A stretch of 63,361 nt of DNA, filler included, from Hyphochytrium catenoides (lineage: Eukaryota > Protista > Hyphochytriomycota), in NCBI GenBank assembly GCA_900088475.1. It is 7 parts of 7 records of this genome, joined end to end, with 100 filler letters (N's around TTAATTAATTAA, not from the genome) between each part and the next. Parts side by side here need not be neighbours in the genome. Positions count along the whole stretch, not along the records: positions 1 to 14,342 come from FLMG01000872.1; 6 more parts are not named here. The stretch is one strand, 5' to 3'. A model generated the notes under the pieces. That model did not search any database. It saw nothing but the letters and a program-made list of their open reading frames with translations, and was not told the origin of the DNA. A program made the translations under genes and the position numbers. Below, piece after piece: positions 1 through 13,455 of this stretch. The number at the start of each line of letters is the position of its first letter. Positions within the stretch are counted from its first letter, which is position 1.

Positions 1-462
1 TTTGTCCTTCTCGCGGCCTCCCATAGGACGATGCCCGCAAGACTCCTCTATAAGGTTTGACAGCTAACAGTGGTGAAGCGATCTGGGCAAAGAGAGCGAT
101 AGTTCTAGAATAGAGAAGATCAGCAATCAGCAAAGAGAAGGGAGAATCTCTAAAAAGATCCGTAATGAGAATAGTTTGTGCTCCGTCATTAGACTCACAG
201 CCTTATAAATCGAGCACTTCATTGCTGCAGTGCAAAGCGCGAACTGCTTCGAGTAAAACCAGCATTAGATACTTATCATCGGTTATCACTAAATGATTCT
301 CTGGTGTTTGAGGTTTGACAGACATTGTTCAAGGAGAGTATGATTTCTCTAACTCGCATGACAATAACACTCCTTGTTACAGCTACTGTAGGATCATCAG
401 GAGGTTTGCCCTCTGAATCATGCCACCGTCAGAACTCATCTCTTCTCTCTACCAAATCTTTG

Positions 463-1803
463 CGAGGAATTCTCTGATGTAAGCCCTTTTTGGCGTTTTT
501 TTTTCTGATGTAAACCTTAATGAAATTATGGCGTTTGAAGAGGAACCGCGAAACAAACAAGGTCAATATTTAAAGCACTCCTCAGAACCACAATTGATCT
601 TTGCAAGAACTGAAAGTTGATAATCCGTTCGAGGACCAAAATGTTATTTCAGAGTTTCCTTCTTTGGATTTTGTTTTCAGAGTTCCCGCCGCCGCCAGAA
701 GTCTTTCTCGTTGTTGAGCTCATCATTGAGCAGCTCATTGATGTTCGAGCCCCACTTGGAGCACGCCTTTTTGTCCCATGAGCTCCCTCTTTCTATGTAC
801 GAAGGCCCAAAGTTCCCGATTTTGGTGATGAGTCTCACACACCGCATCGGGTCTCTCTCTTCATGCGCCTGCCCTTCTTTTCTCTGCTGGTCTCTCTCTC
901 TTATGTGCTGGGTTTGCCTCTCTCCCTCCCTCTGCGCCTCTTACTCCCCTCTTTCTTCCTCCTGCCTCGCCGTCTTCCCTCTCTCTTTCGCTCCGTGCCA
1001 GTCTTCCTCTCTCCTCTCCCTTTCTCTCCTCTCCCTTTCTCTCTCTCTCTTCTCTCGCGTTCTCTTTCGTCTCTCTCTCCTCTTTGCTTCCTGCTCCTCC
1101 TCCGTGTCTAGCTATCCTCCGTGTTTATCGCTGTCTCTTCTTCCTTCCTCTGCCACTCTTACTCTCTTACTCGCTCCGTACAAACAAATCCCTCGCTCTC
1201 TTAATCTCTCCTTCTTCCTGCTGCCTCTGACCCACACCACGCACCAGAACTCCTCTATTTATTCTCTCTTCCTGCTGCGTCGTCGTCTGCCTCCTCTTCT
1301 GCTGTTTGTCTCCACTCTCCTCTTCTTTGCTACGGCCTACTACTGTCTAGCCACACTCTCTCTTCGTTTGCCTCTTCTCTCTCTATTCACTTCAGAACAC
1401 TTTTCATAGTAGTAGTGCTGATGAATCTTCTGTGGTGGTCGTCTCCGGAGGAGGATGATGATGGCAGGACTATGATGATCGATGACGATAGAATTGAAGA
1501 CAGCTCTAATAAAATGCAGATTTGTCGGTTGAAAGTCTTTGGCAGGTGAACAGAACACAATATCAGAAAAACCGGTTCAGTTGAAGTCTTTCGGAAAAGG
1601 TTACTAATAAGGCAGTTTAATGTATGATAATCAACTCAGCTCCATCCCAAATTTAGGGGCTCCCATTTCGGAGTCTGATCTGCAGAGAATGCTTTAAGCC
1701 GCAATCTTTCGCAGGTGAAGCTTTCGCACATTTGTCCGAAACAAACGAAAGTTTACATCAGAAAAAAAAACGCCAAAAAGGGCTTACATCAGAGAATTCC
1801 TCG
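463..1803. mobile_element. Non-autonomous TIR DNA element (MITE-like, ~1.34 kb) with 53-bp perfect terminal inverted repeats
   Basis: 463-515 (CGAGGAATTCTCTGATGTAAGCCCTTTTTGGCG-T9-CTGATGTAAAC) is the exact reverse complement of 1751-1803. The interior is CT-rich with no credible ORF. No clear TSD, so the superfamily is unassigned. Confidence 0.7.
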
Positions 1804-4455
1804 TCCAAGGAGGCCCTTTGCGAAAGCACCATCTGCGACACCGCTTCAGATCGTGCCCATGCATCCGATTAAATTAAAAATCTTTATCGAAAAAGATAAC
1901 AAACAAGCCTTTCTTTGACGATGTCCTCCAGCTACCAGTCGTAGTATCGCGGCAAGGCTCCTTTTCTTTCCTCCAGGCACAAATAAGTGCGTCAGTGGAA
2001 ATGGAGCAAGAGAAGAAGAGCCGACCACCGTCGTCAAATAAGAGGCAGCAATGGTGTACCTTCGAAATAGGAAACGATTCCCACCGAACATGTTCCCCGA
2101 TCCCATGCTCCTCTTCTTTTTCAGGGAGCAGCAGCTGCTGGCGGGCAAGCTGTTTGTACATTCTACATGGAGAATCAGAGGAGGAAGGAAGATCGATCTG
2201 CTGCTGCTGCCTCCTCCTGTTTGTAAAGGCCTTCTTGACACGTTATTAGTGAGACCTATTTATTGAAGATCTTTTTTCCTCCGCCAGCAACATGGCGGAC
2301 GAGCGGCTATCTGCTCACGGTTGTCTTATTTAGTCAAAGGAAACCCTTACTCCCTCATGTTGGGCAGCAGGGTTGCACCGCTTCCAGACGCGGGCGGCCG
2401 CCTCTTCATGAAGATCTCTCTGGCTCCATCCTGTTGGCTCCATACTAAAGCAGAAGATCTACTGGTGCTTTGGACTCGCCCTAGGCACTAGGCACACTGC
2501 TGCTGATGGACTGGCCGTCAGGCTCGCAGGCCAAAACTCAAGGTCGGTCGTCTTTTGACGAACAAGAGAGATGTCAGAACCGAGACAGAGCCCCCAGTTA
2601 CCGGTCAATTGACCCTACCGAGCATTGACATACATATAGGCGCCGGTGCTCTTCCGCTTCCTGTTTATTCAGTGACCAGGAGCTTGTTCTACAGATTGTT
2701 TAGAACTATCTAGGACGACCAGGCGGTCAGGTCTCCCCTACAGATATTATTACACGGTACAAACACACAGGGTATTAGAAATACAGACACACTATTGAGT
2801 CGCTAATTCCAAATAGAGCCGCTAGAGATCTATCATCAAGTGCACGAGCTGGGAGTTGGCCTGGGGGAAGAGTGGGGCACCGACCCGCCATCAAACAAAG
2901 ATCAGGGAGGGAGGGGGAGAGGGGAGCTTTGTGTACCGTAACACCAGGGGGAGGAGTGTGGAGGAAGGGAAGTTTCAAGTTCCATGACCCGTCCATCCAG
3001 GGCGCGGCACCATCACCACTATCACCACAGCCGCAGCAGGAAAGCGGGGAGGGAGGGACCGGAGACAAGTAAAGGGTTCCCTTTCCCAAGCTCGAGCGGC
3101 GCCAGCGGCACCGGCAGGCCGGGAACCCGCACTTTCCCATCGCGTCTCAGCATATCTTTTGACAAGCTACAAATGGAGAGGCAGCAGGAAGAAGAAAGGC
3201 TTCCTACATCACAGAGTGGCTTGTGAAGACATGACCTGTGATGATAGAGCCACCAGGAAGGGAAGCAACTAGAGTTGAAGGAAATGTTGCTCGTAGTGCT
3301 TGTTGCCCTTTTGCTAAGGTTGTTCTGCCTCTCAATCCATGGTTGACGGCTTCTTTGGCAATTATGATGGTGACCTTTCGTTGTTCCTGCTCAAGTTGTT
3401 GAAGCAGCAGGGGAACAGTCGAGTTCCTTGCTCTTATCAGAGTTGTACAAGCGAGGGTGGAGAGCTGGGTAGTAAGAACGTGATCTGCGGTGATAGCTGA
3501 TAGTGTAAAAGAGAAAAGAGCAGATGAGGGCAAGTAAGGGACTGAGGAGAAGCATAAAGTCCATTGTGCCTCTTCTTTCTGATGATGATGAGGAGACTAG
3601 GAAGGATTGATGGTGGTGGACTGCTACTCTGTCTTGTACAGGTACGAAGGTTAGCCCTACAAGTGGGAGATTTGGAACCGTGCCGAGGCAGGTGAGGGAC
3701 CCATTGGGTTCCCTTTCATGGTGCCAACATCTACGACTGTTCTCTCTGGCTCCTTGTTGATCCCAACGATATTTAGAGTCCTAGGCAGCAAGCAGGTTTA
3801 ATAAAATATCAGACAGCAATATATCCTCCTCAGAACCACGACGAGCTCTGGTGGCTAGCAGTAGTTTGGAAGCTGTTGATCACGATCTGTCCACAAGGGG
3901 AAGCGCTGTGGGTTATTATGCTCCTTAGCTAGAATTTGCAATAAAACAAAGGTCTTAGGGGAAGAGTGGGGTTAGTGGCATGTGGTGAAGGAGGGGAGGA
4001 CGGGAGGTGTATATGCGTGATCGTGGTGGACCAGCAGGCATTGTTATGGCAGCATTGCAACAAACTGAAGGCAAGAGCAGGAGAGTCAGACAAGTGAGCG
4101 ATAGATAACACTCAGAACTGAGTTCATGTCGCGTAGTTGGCGTCATCAACACCCCGGCCCCAGTCCTACTACTGCCACCAGCCATGCACCTCCACTTAGC
4201 CTTCCGCATTCGTACTTCAAGAATCTCAAGCACTCGGTATAGCATGCCCTTCAGTAAGAAGAAAGTAAAAAAAGCACGCCGTCAAACTTCTCATCACTTG
4301 GTATTTTTCCACCTACTTGGCGGTTTGGAGTCCAAAGGGAACGCGAGTCTGCGAGAACTACCTAGAACAACTCTACTCGCACGGCTGATATCAGCCAGCG
4401 CTTGCATTCTATCTCGTCGTCCTCGATTGCATAGTCTCCCAGCGCGAGCAGAGGC

Positions 4456-6767
4456 ATGGAGAAATCAAGCAGCGGCGGCGCCCAGCAGTGTGAGGTGATC
4501 ACCACGCCGGTGAAAGAGAAGGAGGAGGTGGAGGACCAAGGCATTGGCCTAGCGCTTCATGATGAGGAGCGAGCAAACAGCCAAAGCTTCTCCAGGCTGA
4601 CCTCCCCAGTCCCTCATGCTCCTAATAACACAGTCTTAGTTGGCAGCTCTTATTTCTTTGGTGGCAGTAAGGAAGACAGCAAGTACCTCGGTAACCCATG
4701 GCGTCAGGGACGGCTGCATTCTGCTCTTTCTTGGATCCTGGTTGGGGGCATGGCTCTTAGCGCTCTCTATGTGATCTTTGTCATGGCCACCTACACCAGT
4801 CCGGCCTACTACGCCTGGGAGAAAAAGTACGCCTCGTGGGTGAACAAGAACCTCGCCAGATTCTACTCGAGAATCTTTATCGAGTTCTTGCGCACGGGCG
4901 CCCCGATGCTAGTCTTCAGCCTCTGCGGCGTCATCTACATCCACAAGTCGAAGGGCTTCGTCAGCTCGGCTTCTCCTACATTTGGACGTATGATGCAGAC
5001 TCTCCGACGTCCGACCTTCTTCTTTACGCGTTGGTTTTCCTTGGGAGAGCTCATTTTCATTGCGTTTATTGGCATACTCGTCCCGCTTTGGACGTACCAG
5101 CTGGCGGACTACAGGTTTATCGCTGAAGATGTCATTGAAGGCAGCAAGCTCTCCCAGTGGATCGAGTTCTTGGGCCGCGGTTTTGGCTCTGCGGGCTACC
5201 TCTCCGGCTTTTTCATGCTTTTTCCCATAGCGCGCGGCGCCTTCTGGATGAAGCTACTGCACACATCCTATGATCAAGCAGTAAAGTATCACCGCTGGCT
5301 TAGCCGCGTTACCATCACCTGCTTTATCTTGCACAGTCTTCTCTACTATGTCGCCTGGTGGATGCGAGGAACATGGGTCACCTATGCTTTCCCAAGTGCA
5401 GAGTACGAGCGCGCTTGCGTCTGCGATGAAGTGGCAGCGCAAAAGAAGGAGTGCCTATGTTCCAGGCATATTCGTCATACTTGGCAAAATGTATACGGGC
5501 TCATCTCCTGCGTCCTCTTTGGAATTGTCTGGCTTACATCGCTAGAGATCGTCCGCCGTAAGAACTTTGAACTCTTCTACTATAGCCACTTTCTGTTCAT
5601 TCCCGCATTCTACCTGGGCATACTGCACAGAGAGAGCTTCGGCTTCTACTGGTATCCTGGGTTTATCCTCTATATGATTGCCAGAATCAAGATCGGAGTC
5701 ACCATGTCGCGGCACGTCGTCATCAAAGACTGCGATTACTGCGAGGAAAGTGGGATCTTTCGCATGGAGTTGCAGCGATCTAGGAGGAGAATTGACCAGT
5801 TCTCTGCCGGCCAGTACATCTTCATCAACGTTCCTGCACTGAGCGCCTTGCAATCTCATCCATTCAGCATCTCCTCCGCACCAGCCGATAATCCTGGTAC
5901 TTTGACAGTTCATGGTAAAGTGCTGGGGAACTGGACAGCCCAGCTTGCCGCTCTTATCCGCGAGCTTAAGCAGCAGGACGCGGCAGCAGAGAGTCTAGTT
6001 GTCAAAGCAGATGGCTACTATGGCAATCCTCCACCATGCAGTCTCTCTGAACATGTGGTGCTGGTTGCGGGTGGCATAGGAGTCACTCCTGTCCTAAGCA
6101 TCCTGAGCGATTGCTATCATCGGTACCTTGTGGACCCTCACAGCGCACCGAAGAGCGTCAAGATGTATTGGGCCGTACGAAGCAAGTCAACTGCCAAGCC
6201 CTTCATGGAGCTTCTTGAGAATGTCTCTAAAATCCCACATGTGTTTCAAATTGAGCTCTTCGTGACAAATCATAGCACCACCAGTGCATTGCAAGGCTCG
6301 GTCGACAGTGCAGCTCTTCCATCATTGCCTCCCTGCAACCCTGAGATGCTTCGGAAGATTCCTAGTAAGAAGCCTNNNNNNNNNNNNNNNNNNNNNNGCG
6401 AATCATCGAGCCTCTGCTATTCTTTGGCTTTGGCTCCTTATTTAGCTACCTCGTCTACACCAGGACCAAGACCTCTGATGAGGACATGACACCTCTTGCC
6501 GCTTCTATTGAGATGCAGAATCAATCCTCTTCTATTATGGTGAACAGTGTGTTATCGAGCACGGATGCAAACCTACGGATAGTCGAGAATGAGCGGCCAG
6601 ATATCCCTACGATTTTCAGGAGCTTACACGATGACCAGCCACCGTCCAGTCCTTACCAAGTCTTTGTTGCAGGCCCCACCAGTCTTCATAATGCTGTGAA
6701 GGAGAGCACACGCTGCCTTTCGAATCGTCATCTGTTTAGTATCCACTATGATCAGTATGAGCTATAA
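4456..6767 (+). CDS. FRO: Ferric reductase/oxidase (FRO; NOX/FRE flavocytochrome family), apparently intronless; frame break at assembly gap 6376-6397
   Basis: Bis-His heme motifs HRWLSRVTITCFILH and HFLFIPAFYLGILH, FAD motif HPFSISS, NADPH motifs VLVAGGIGVTP and YWAVRS. After the N-gap another frame is open from 6399 (RIIEPLLFFGFGSLFSYLVY...VFVAGP...HYDQYEL stop 6767). The hydrophobic segment within the NADPH domain resembles plant FROs. Confidence 0.9.
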
Positions 6768-9399
6768 GAAGGAAAGGAGGATGCCGTCCCTAGTGGTAGC
6801 AACTCATATCTCCTTGTCTTTATATAACAATACAAGCGTTGTGGTCAACGTTCTCTGTCGTTGATGGACTCAATAGCGTCCTGGGCATATCAAGCCGGGT
6901 AGAAAAGGAGCAGTGAAGAAAGGTGACCCCAAAGCCCTTGACTTCTGGCCGGGGGTGGGTTGAGCTTTACGTCACACACAAGAGGGAGAGCACAGATGCG
7001 CCTTAAGTAAGAAGGAAGGTAGATCTAAAACGGGTCATCAGGATTATAGGGAGTAGGTGCGCTGGCGGTGTTGTCGGCGACGAGCAGACCATCGCCTTCC
7101 CCTCTACCAAGAAAGAGGAAGAAAACAGTCAGCTGAGAGGACAATAGTAGTAGTGGGATGACGGTTCTGACATCGTTGACGAAGTAGGAGTTCCGTGAGA
7201 CCATGATGGGACATGGGAGAGGCTAGCTTCTCATTGCAAAAGGCTTAGGCCCATATATCCATTTTATCCTCGCTCCTCACTGCTGGAGGCAGAAGAGATG
7301 TGAAGAGTGCTTGCGAGGGCGGCTACGGGTCACGCGCGACCTGAATAAGTGTTGAGTGGTGAGGTTTTATTATTAGGCGATAAGCAAGATTCTTCCAAGC
7401 TGTTGCGCGTCAACCCTTCCAAGGACATCAATAATCAGCAGTGTTCTGTCTTAGTACATCCCTCAGCGGGTGAGCTGACAGCAAGAGCGAACCAAACTGC
7501 AATGGCGGTCATTATTATAAGCTTTCGTGGCCGCTGCCGACACATGCTATCTAGGGTGTCAAGAAGAAAGTCATTCAACAAACTCTGTTGGGGATAGCCA
7601 TTTTATACTCTCCAAAGCTCCACTGGGAGCAATGTTGCGGTGGTGAGCTGTCAGTGTATTCTAACACCTAAAAATCTCATCCGCACTGGCCAAGCCAGGA
7701 GAATCTTTTTCTGGCGAGTCCATAGAAAGTGTGGGTCATCAATAGGAAGACGTCCCACCATCCGCACCAGCGGTATGTAGAAGTTAGCCGGAGACCGACG
7801 GCGAGGTCCAATAAGAGTTTTTCTCATGGGGCTGAGCTTGTTACGTCAGTCCTTTCACTTCAGAAGGAGAGGAAAAGTAGTGAAGAAAGCAGTCTGCAAT
7901 CGCATTACTTCGACATGAGGGTTTCTTACCCTGCCCATTTGCTCCGCTGAGCGGCTTCTTCTACGATCTACGCCTCGCCCATCGTTTTGATTCTATACCT
8001 GCTTTTTCTAGTTCAAGACAATGGTTATATGTGTATCTCCTGTGACGGCTGCTAACCACCTGATTGCGCACTGGACACGGATCGGCCGGTGTATGGGATG
8101 TGCCCTCTCCTCTTTGTTGAGAGTACTCCCAGGGCGGGTAGTCCTGACTAGAGTCGGCAACGAATGGCTCTGACGAAGGATGCTCTCTTCCTTTTCCCTT
8201 TCAGCCCTCTTCCTCCTCTTTGCATGTTCTTAGAATAGCCTGTTTGTTCCCACAACTTCTCTTGCATGTTACTCCTTTATCTTTGCATTTCTCGGGTAGA
8301 ACTGACTCTCTCGTAAGGGAGAAGACTCCCTCTTACCCTCTGTCTATATCTCAGTTAATAAACTAGAAGATACTTTGTTACTTGCGCCTGTTCCCGCAAA
8401 GCCTTCCTCTGCGTGGTGCTTGTCTGAACTGAAGCCTGGCCCAGCCAAGGTACAGACAGAGCACCTTCTTCTCTCTCACTCCCTCGAGACCCGCCTCAGT
8501 CTCATATGTTACAAGAATGACCTCGTGCCCTTATGTTAAGACACAGTATTATCAGTAGGGCCCTAATTTTATTTAGCAAGAGCAGAAGAAGGAAGAGCTG
8601 CGACGTCTTGGGGTTCTTGAACGCTCTTCTTTTCGCCACATCATATCCGCAATAACAATGGGAGAGGCAGGGATGGAAGAATAGGCAATCCTGCCGTCAG
8701 CTGCTATAACATACTTACCCTTGGGTTGTTGCTCTTCTTATTGACTCTTCCTTGTGTGTTGTTCCGCCCATCCCTCTCAACCTACAACGTGTGGAGCGAC
8801 GCACATCGAATCTCTTGAGTGCCTGAGAATGCTCGTTGTCAGTCGTCACTCTCTATACACATCTCTCTCATTGACGTAGACGTTACCAAGGTGTTATGGG
8901 TGAAGAAGAGAGATGTTAAGAAGATTCTCATAAACTCTTCCTTCTTGTTAGCGCCAGAGGACAAAAGATTGTTAGGAGGACTGGGACGAGGGCAAGATGA
9001 ATCGGCAGAGCAGACAGACCTGTGCCTTTCAGTCAATGACATATCATCGTCATCACCAAGTCCCTTTGTTATCTGTTCATCTAGCTTAATAAGCTTAGAC
9101 AAAGCTTCAGACTCAAATCTACCTCTATAGAGTTTCATCAGATTATATTTGGCTCCCATTCGCCCTTGGTGACTGGTGCTTCGCTAGCTTCTCAACAACT
9201 GCCCGCTAGAGTGACGGTCTTTTTGTGTCAAAATGACATCAAAGGAAGGTAGAGTTCATCCGCACAATAATATCGCTGTTCTACGCCGCAAGGACCAGTA
9301 TCCTATCTGGCGGTCAAGCCGGGTACAAAGGTACCTGGATGATGAAAAAGTGGGACCCGCGGGCCCACATGGAGGATGAGAGTCAGGCACTGATGGCTA

Positions 9400-9760
9400 A
9401 TGGCAGCAGCAAAGACTCCCCTGGTCTGTAAGTATTTCAAAGAGACGAGCAAGAAGAACTGGAAGAGAATTAATCGGAAGGCGATCAACAAACTGGTTCC
9501 GCTTGTTTCTGATGAGCTCCTGTCGCTGCTGGAAGGGCAACAAACGGCCTACCCGGAGTGGATCAAACTGCAGGAGCAGATGGACGGAAGAGAAGGAGAC
9601 AGCAGCCTTCTCAGGCGGCGCCTACAGAGATCACTAACATTGCTACTACGTTTGATCCTCCTGGAGTTACGACTTCCCGGGGGCCCCACCTGAACATCAT
9701 ACCAAAGCAGAGGACAGTTGATGCTTCTAGAGTAATCTCTGAAGGGGGAAAGCAGAGCCA
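9400..9760 (+). mobile_element. Degenerate Ty1/copia gag fragment
   Basis: Nucleotide similarity (atcaacaaactggttcc...ctgtcgctgctggaagg...gagatcac) to 33389-33620 and, inverted, to 12050-12330. Confidence 0.65.
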
Positions 9761-10977
9761 AGGAAATAACTATGATATAATCCTGATAGTCTTGCCTCCT
9801 AGGGCAATCCTCGTCGTTGTTGTTGGCAGCAGTCAAAGGTCGTCGATTGTAATATGGCCGATGATGAACAGAGAAAATTTCTAGGTCCTTCAATTTAACT
9901 CTCCAGAATCTCACCTTCCTTGGAGTTGAAAAAGGCATTCTCAGCACGAGGATGATGGCCCTACTACAATTCAACATCATGAAGACAATTCACTATTATT
10001 ATGGAATCAAAAGACGGAGGCAGGCTGCTGCTGTGGAGGAGGAGGATAGGATTGTCTAGTAGATAGTATCTCGCGGTTCTGCTTTCTACCTTTAAAATTA
10101 GGAGATGGACTTTATAATAGTAGAAACATCTGTCCTCTACTGAGGATGAGGATGATGAGGATGGTCAGATGGTGGGGCTTCAGTGAAGTGGTACCTTCAA
10201 TCCTTAGCAACAGACCCTGTGTTATTCAAGTGATCGCTGTTGAGTGCTGCTACAATGTTAGTTGTGAGGAGTGCAGTAGTCATTCTGTACACACCTAGCT
10301 CTCATCAGGAACATAGACGTTACGGTTCACCTGGGGTATGGGAAAGAGAGGTGTGAAGAGAAGAATCATTAATTGGAAGAATCCCATGAACTCTTTCTTG
10401 TGAACGCCGGAGCACCAGGAGGGAGAGATGATGAGGGACAATGGGACGAGCAAGGATCTTGAGAGCAGACCCGACCGACCTCATGAGTCAGTCATTCAGA
10501 GAAATCTCAATCATTTATCCCTACCCCGCCCAATTTCCTTGTTATCGTTTTTTCATCTTCTAGACTGTGCTCATACAACAGAAGCTTCCACCCAGCTCTA
10601 TAAAAAACTTCATCAGGTTATGTTTGGTCCACACTCGCTCTTGGTCGTGACTGTTGCTTCTCATCTCCTCACTTGAGCTGCTAGAGTGACGATTATGGTG
10701 GCGCATCAAAAAAGGAAGGGGGAGTAGTGAGGTGATACAATGCTCATTGTCAGTACAGTAGTACTTTTCTACTTTTATTTACTTACTAGTTGGGGAAGCC
10801 TAATAATTGGAGTACTTGAACTACTGCTAGACTTTATGCAGGTAACATAGACTACTTACCACTTCTGTCTACTACTACTACTGAAGACCTCCTGCAACAG
10901 CACCTGGAAGCTGACCCAGGACCACATTCTCGATGTGCGCAGGACCAGCAGAACATTTATGAGACAATCCTCATCTC

Positions 10978-13030
10978 ATCAGTTCTCCAAAGCCTGCCTC
11001 CATCCTTTGACTCTATAGTGAGCCACCTGTAGGTCCTAGGGATTTCCTCTCTGGCTGCAGATGAGGTCATCGATTGTATTATGGCTGATGAACAGAGAAG
11101 AGTGTCTGGCTCTTTACAATCTCCGCCGGATACTCTATCTTCTTCGGACTTTAAATGCTCTCTCTGCTCCAAGGGAAAGGAAATGAGAAGAATCAGATCA
11201 GCGAAGACAGGAGAAACCTGCGCGTGGTAGCAGGCAGTGCGGCATCTGCCGGAAAAGGGACATAACAGCGCAGACTGTTTTGAGCTTCCGGAGAACGCTG
11301 CTCGCAGGCCAGCTGGCTGGAAGTCTCGCGTCCACTTGGACAAGTTGCCGTTGGCACAGGGGCTCAGTAAAGGCAATACTCAGCAACTTAGTGCGCTCTT
11401 AGCTGCTCTCCTATCCTCCACTTCTTCTTCACCAGGGGTTCTATCAGTTGACAATAATGAATTGGGGTTAGCCAATCAGTATGCGAAGTCTTCTGTCGAC
11501 TCTGGTGGATTCATTACCCTAGCTTCTATCCAGTAGGACATTTCTTAATTATTGTCACCTGATAGATCTCCAGGTGAAGAAGTGGAGGATAGAGAGCAGC
11601 TAAGAGCGCACTAAGTTGCTGAGTATTGCCTTTACTGGGTTCCTGTGCCAACGGCAACTTGTCCAAGTGGACGCGAGACTTCCAGCCAGCTGGCCTGCGA
11701 GCAGCGTTCTCCGGAAGCTCAAAACAGTCTGCGCTTTTATGTCCCTTTTTCCGGCAGATGCCGCACTGCCTGCTACCACGCGCAGGTTTCTCCTGTCTTC
11801 GCTGATCTGGTTCTTCTCTTCCTTTCCCCTGGAGCTCATCTCCAAAGGAGGTAGAGTATCCGGAGAGTGTACAGAGCTAGACACTATTCTCTGTTCATCA
11901 GCCGTAATAAGATCGATGACTTCATCTGCAGCCAGAGAGGAAGTCCCTAAGACATACAGGTGGCTCACTATAGAGTCAAAGAAGGATGGAGACAGGCTTT
12001 GGAGAACTGAAGAGTTGAGGATTGTCTCATAAATGTCCTGCTGGCCCTGTTTTTTTTCTCCTTCCGAAGATATTCTTTAGAGCGTCCGCCCTCTGTTTCA
12101 GGGTGGTCAGGTGGGATCTCAGAGGGGTGGTGCCTCCAGGATCTAACCTTGAGTTGGTGATCTCCTGAAGGCGTCTGAGGACGTTGTCCCCTTTTTTCCA
12201 TCCATCTCGTCCTGCAGTTTGAGCCATCCCGCGTAGGCTGATGGTTGTCCTTCCAGCAGCAGCGACAGGAGCCCATCAGAGACTAGGAGGGGAACCAGTT
12301 TTGTTGATCGTCTTCCGATCATTCTTCTTGTTGGATTATTGCGAGCCCGAAGGGCGAGGCTCAATTTCAACCCACAGGGGCTTCAGCACAAATGGACTTT
12401 TTCGTGTTGTCTGTGTGTCATCTGCAGCGAAGGCAGAAGCCGTCCAGAGCAGCCACAAATGGCTGCTAGACAGCAGATGCTCCAGTCACATTACTGGAAA
12501 TCGGCCACTCTTTCTCTCTTTCACTCCCATTGACCCTCTTCTCTTATCCTGCTGCCAATAGAGCTACTAAACCTCTCTACCTGCCGAAATGTGCTTGATG
12601 CACCAGGCTTCCCCAAGCATCGTCTCTCTATTGGGCAATACATCCAAGACTCCCCAGATGAAGCAGTGTTGTTTACCTCAAATGGAGCTTACACTCTCAG
12701 TCCTTCACTGTCAAGGACACTGCAAAGTCAACTTCACAGGGACAAGTGAGACGTATTGATTTGACAAATGGAACCGTTTATTACTCCTCCCATACGCCTG
12801 CTGCACAGGAGACGAGCGGCTCTTCCCCTCCAACTATTGATGCAGCCACAAGCAAGCGCGACGAGTCTATCACTCTCTGGCATAACGGGTTTATCATCTC
12901 AACCACACAGATATCAAAAGGGCTCGCCCTGCAGTCTTCCGGTATAGCCCTTGATAAAGCTTCTCAGCAGCCCTGTCTTTGTGAGACCTGCATTCTTGCG
13001 AAGCTAACTCGTAAGCCTTCTCTGAGGAGT
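10978..13030 (+). mobile_element. Degenerate Ty1/copia gag-protease-GAG-pre-integrase remnant, interrupted by an inverted copy of its own gag (11570-12345)
   Basis: Zinc knuckle CGICRKKGHNSADC (~11238), protease motif HKWLLDSRCSSHITG (~12455) and LCETCILAK (~12980). Colinear with the copy at 33389-34880. 10978-11440 recurs as a reverse complement at ~11570-12030. Confidence 0.8.
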
Positions 13031-13208
13031 ACTTTGGTTCACCGCTTCAGACCTCGTCTCAAGTGCGTGACTCTGTACTTCATCTCTTTGATGTACTCTA
13101 CGAGGACGACAGCTCTCTTCCCACCAAACAGGCTCCTCACGGGGATTCTGATCCGCAAACCTACCGAGTGCCTTCCCCTACGGAAACCCTCGCCAATCAT
13201 CCCGGTAA

Positions 13209-13455
13209 TGTTAGATTATATGCGATGATTGGACAATGTCATTAGATGAGAGTGCTCTACTTATAAGCCCAGCTGGGGTCCCATAATCTAGAGCTATCTG
13301 ACTATGCCAGCTACTCCTAATAAACCCTAAGATATTCAGTCATAGAGAAATCCCTGTCTAGAACAATCAGTCCTGAAGGTATTCCGGGGTACTGACCATA
13401 AGCCATAGATATAAACAGGGACATTTCGTTTGCTTCATATTTCGGATTCTACTGG
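13209..13455 (-). mobile_element. Partial LTR of copia family B
   Basis: Closely similar to 32627-32875 and 35524-35719 (ggacaatgtcattagatgagagtgctctacttataagccc...gatataaacagggacatttc). Confidence 0.8.

Noticed and set aside
711-1409. 232-aa Ser/Leu-rich ORF, and the many similar SLSL/RERE ORFs at 14.4-32 kb and 55-62 kb
   Set aside because: Translations of (CT)n/(GA)n microsatellite with no domain motifs; most lie in introns or transposon interiors.
6376-6489. Apparent frameshift or pseudogenisation of FRO
   Set aside because: The frame change coincides with an N-gap of estimated length, and the downstream frame is open from the gap to a normal C-terminus.
8041-8513. Possible solo LTR (TGTGAC...GTTACA with TATA- and AATAAA-like motifs)
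   Set aside because: No TSD, PBS, PPT or second copy in the window.
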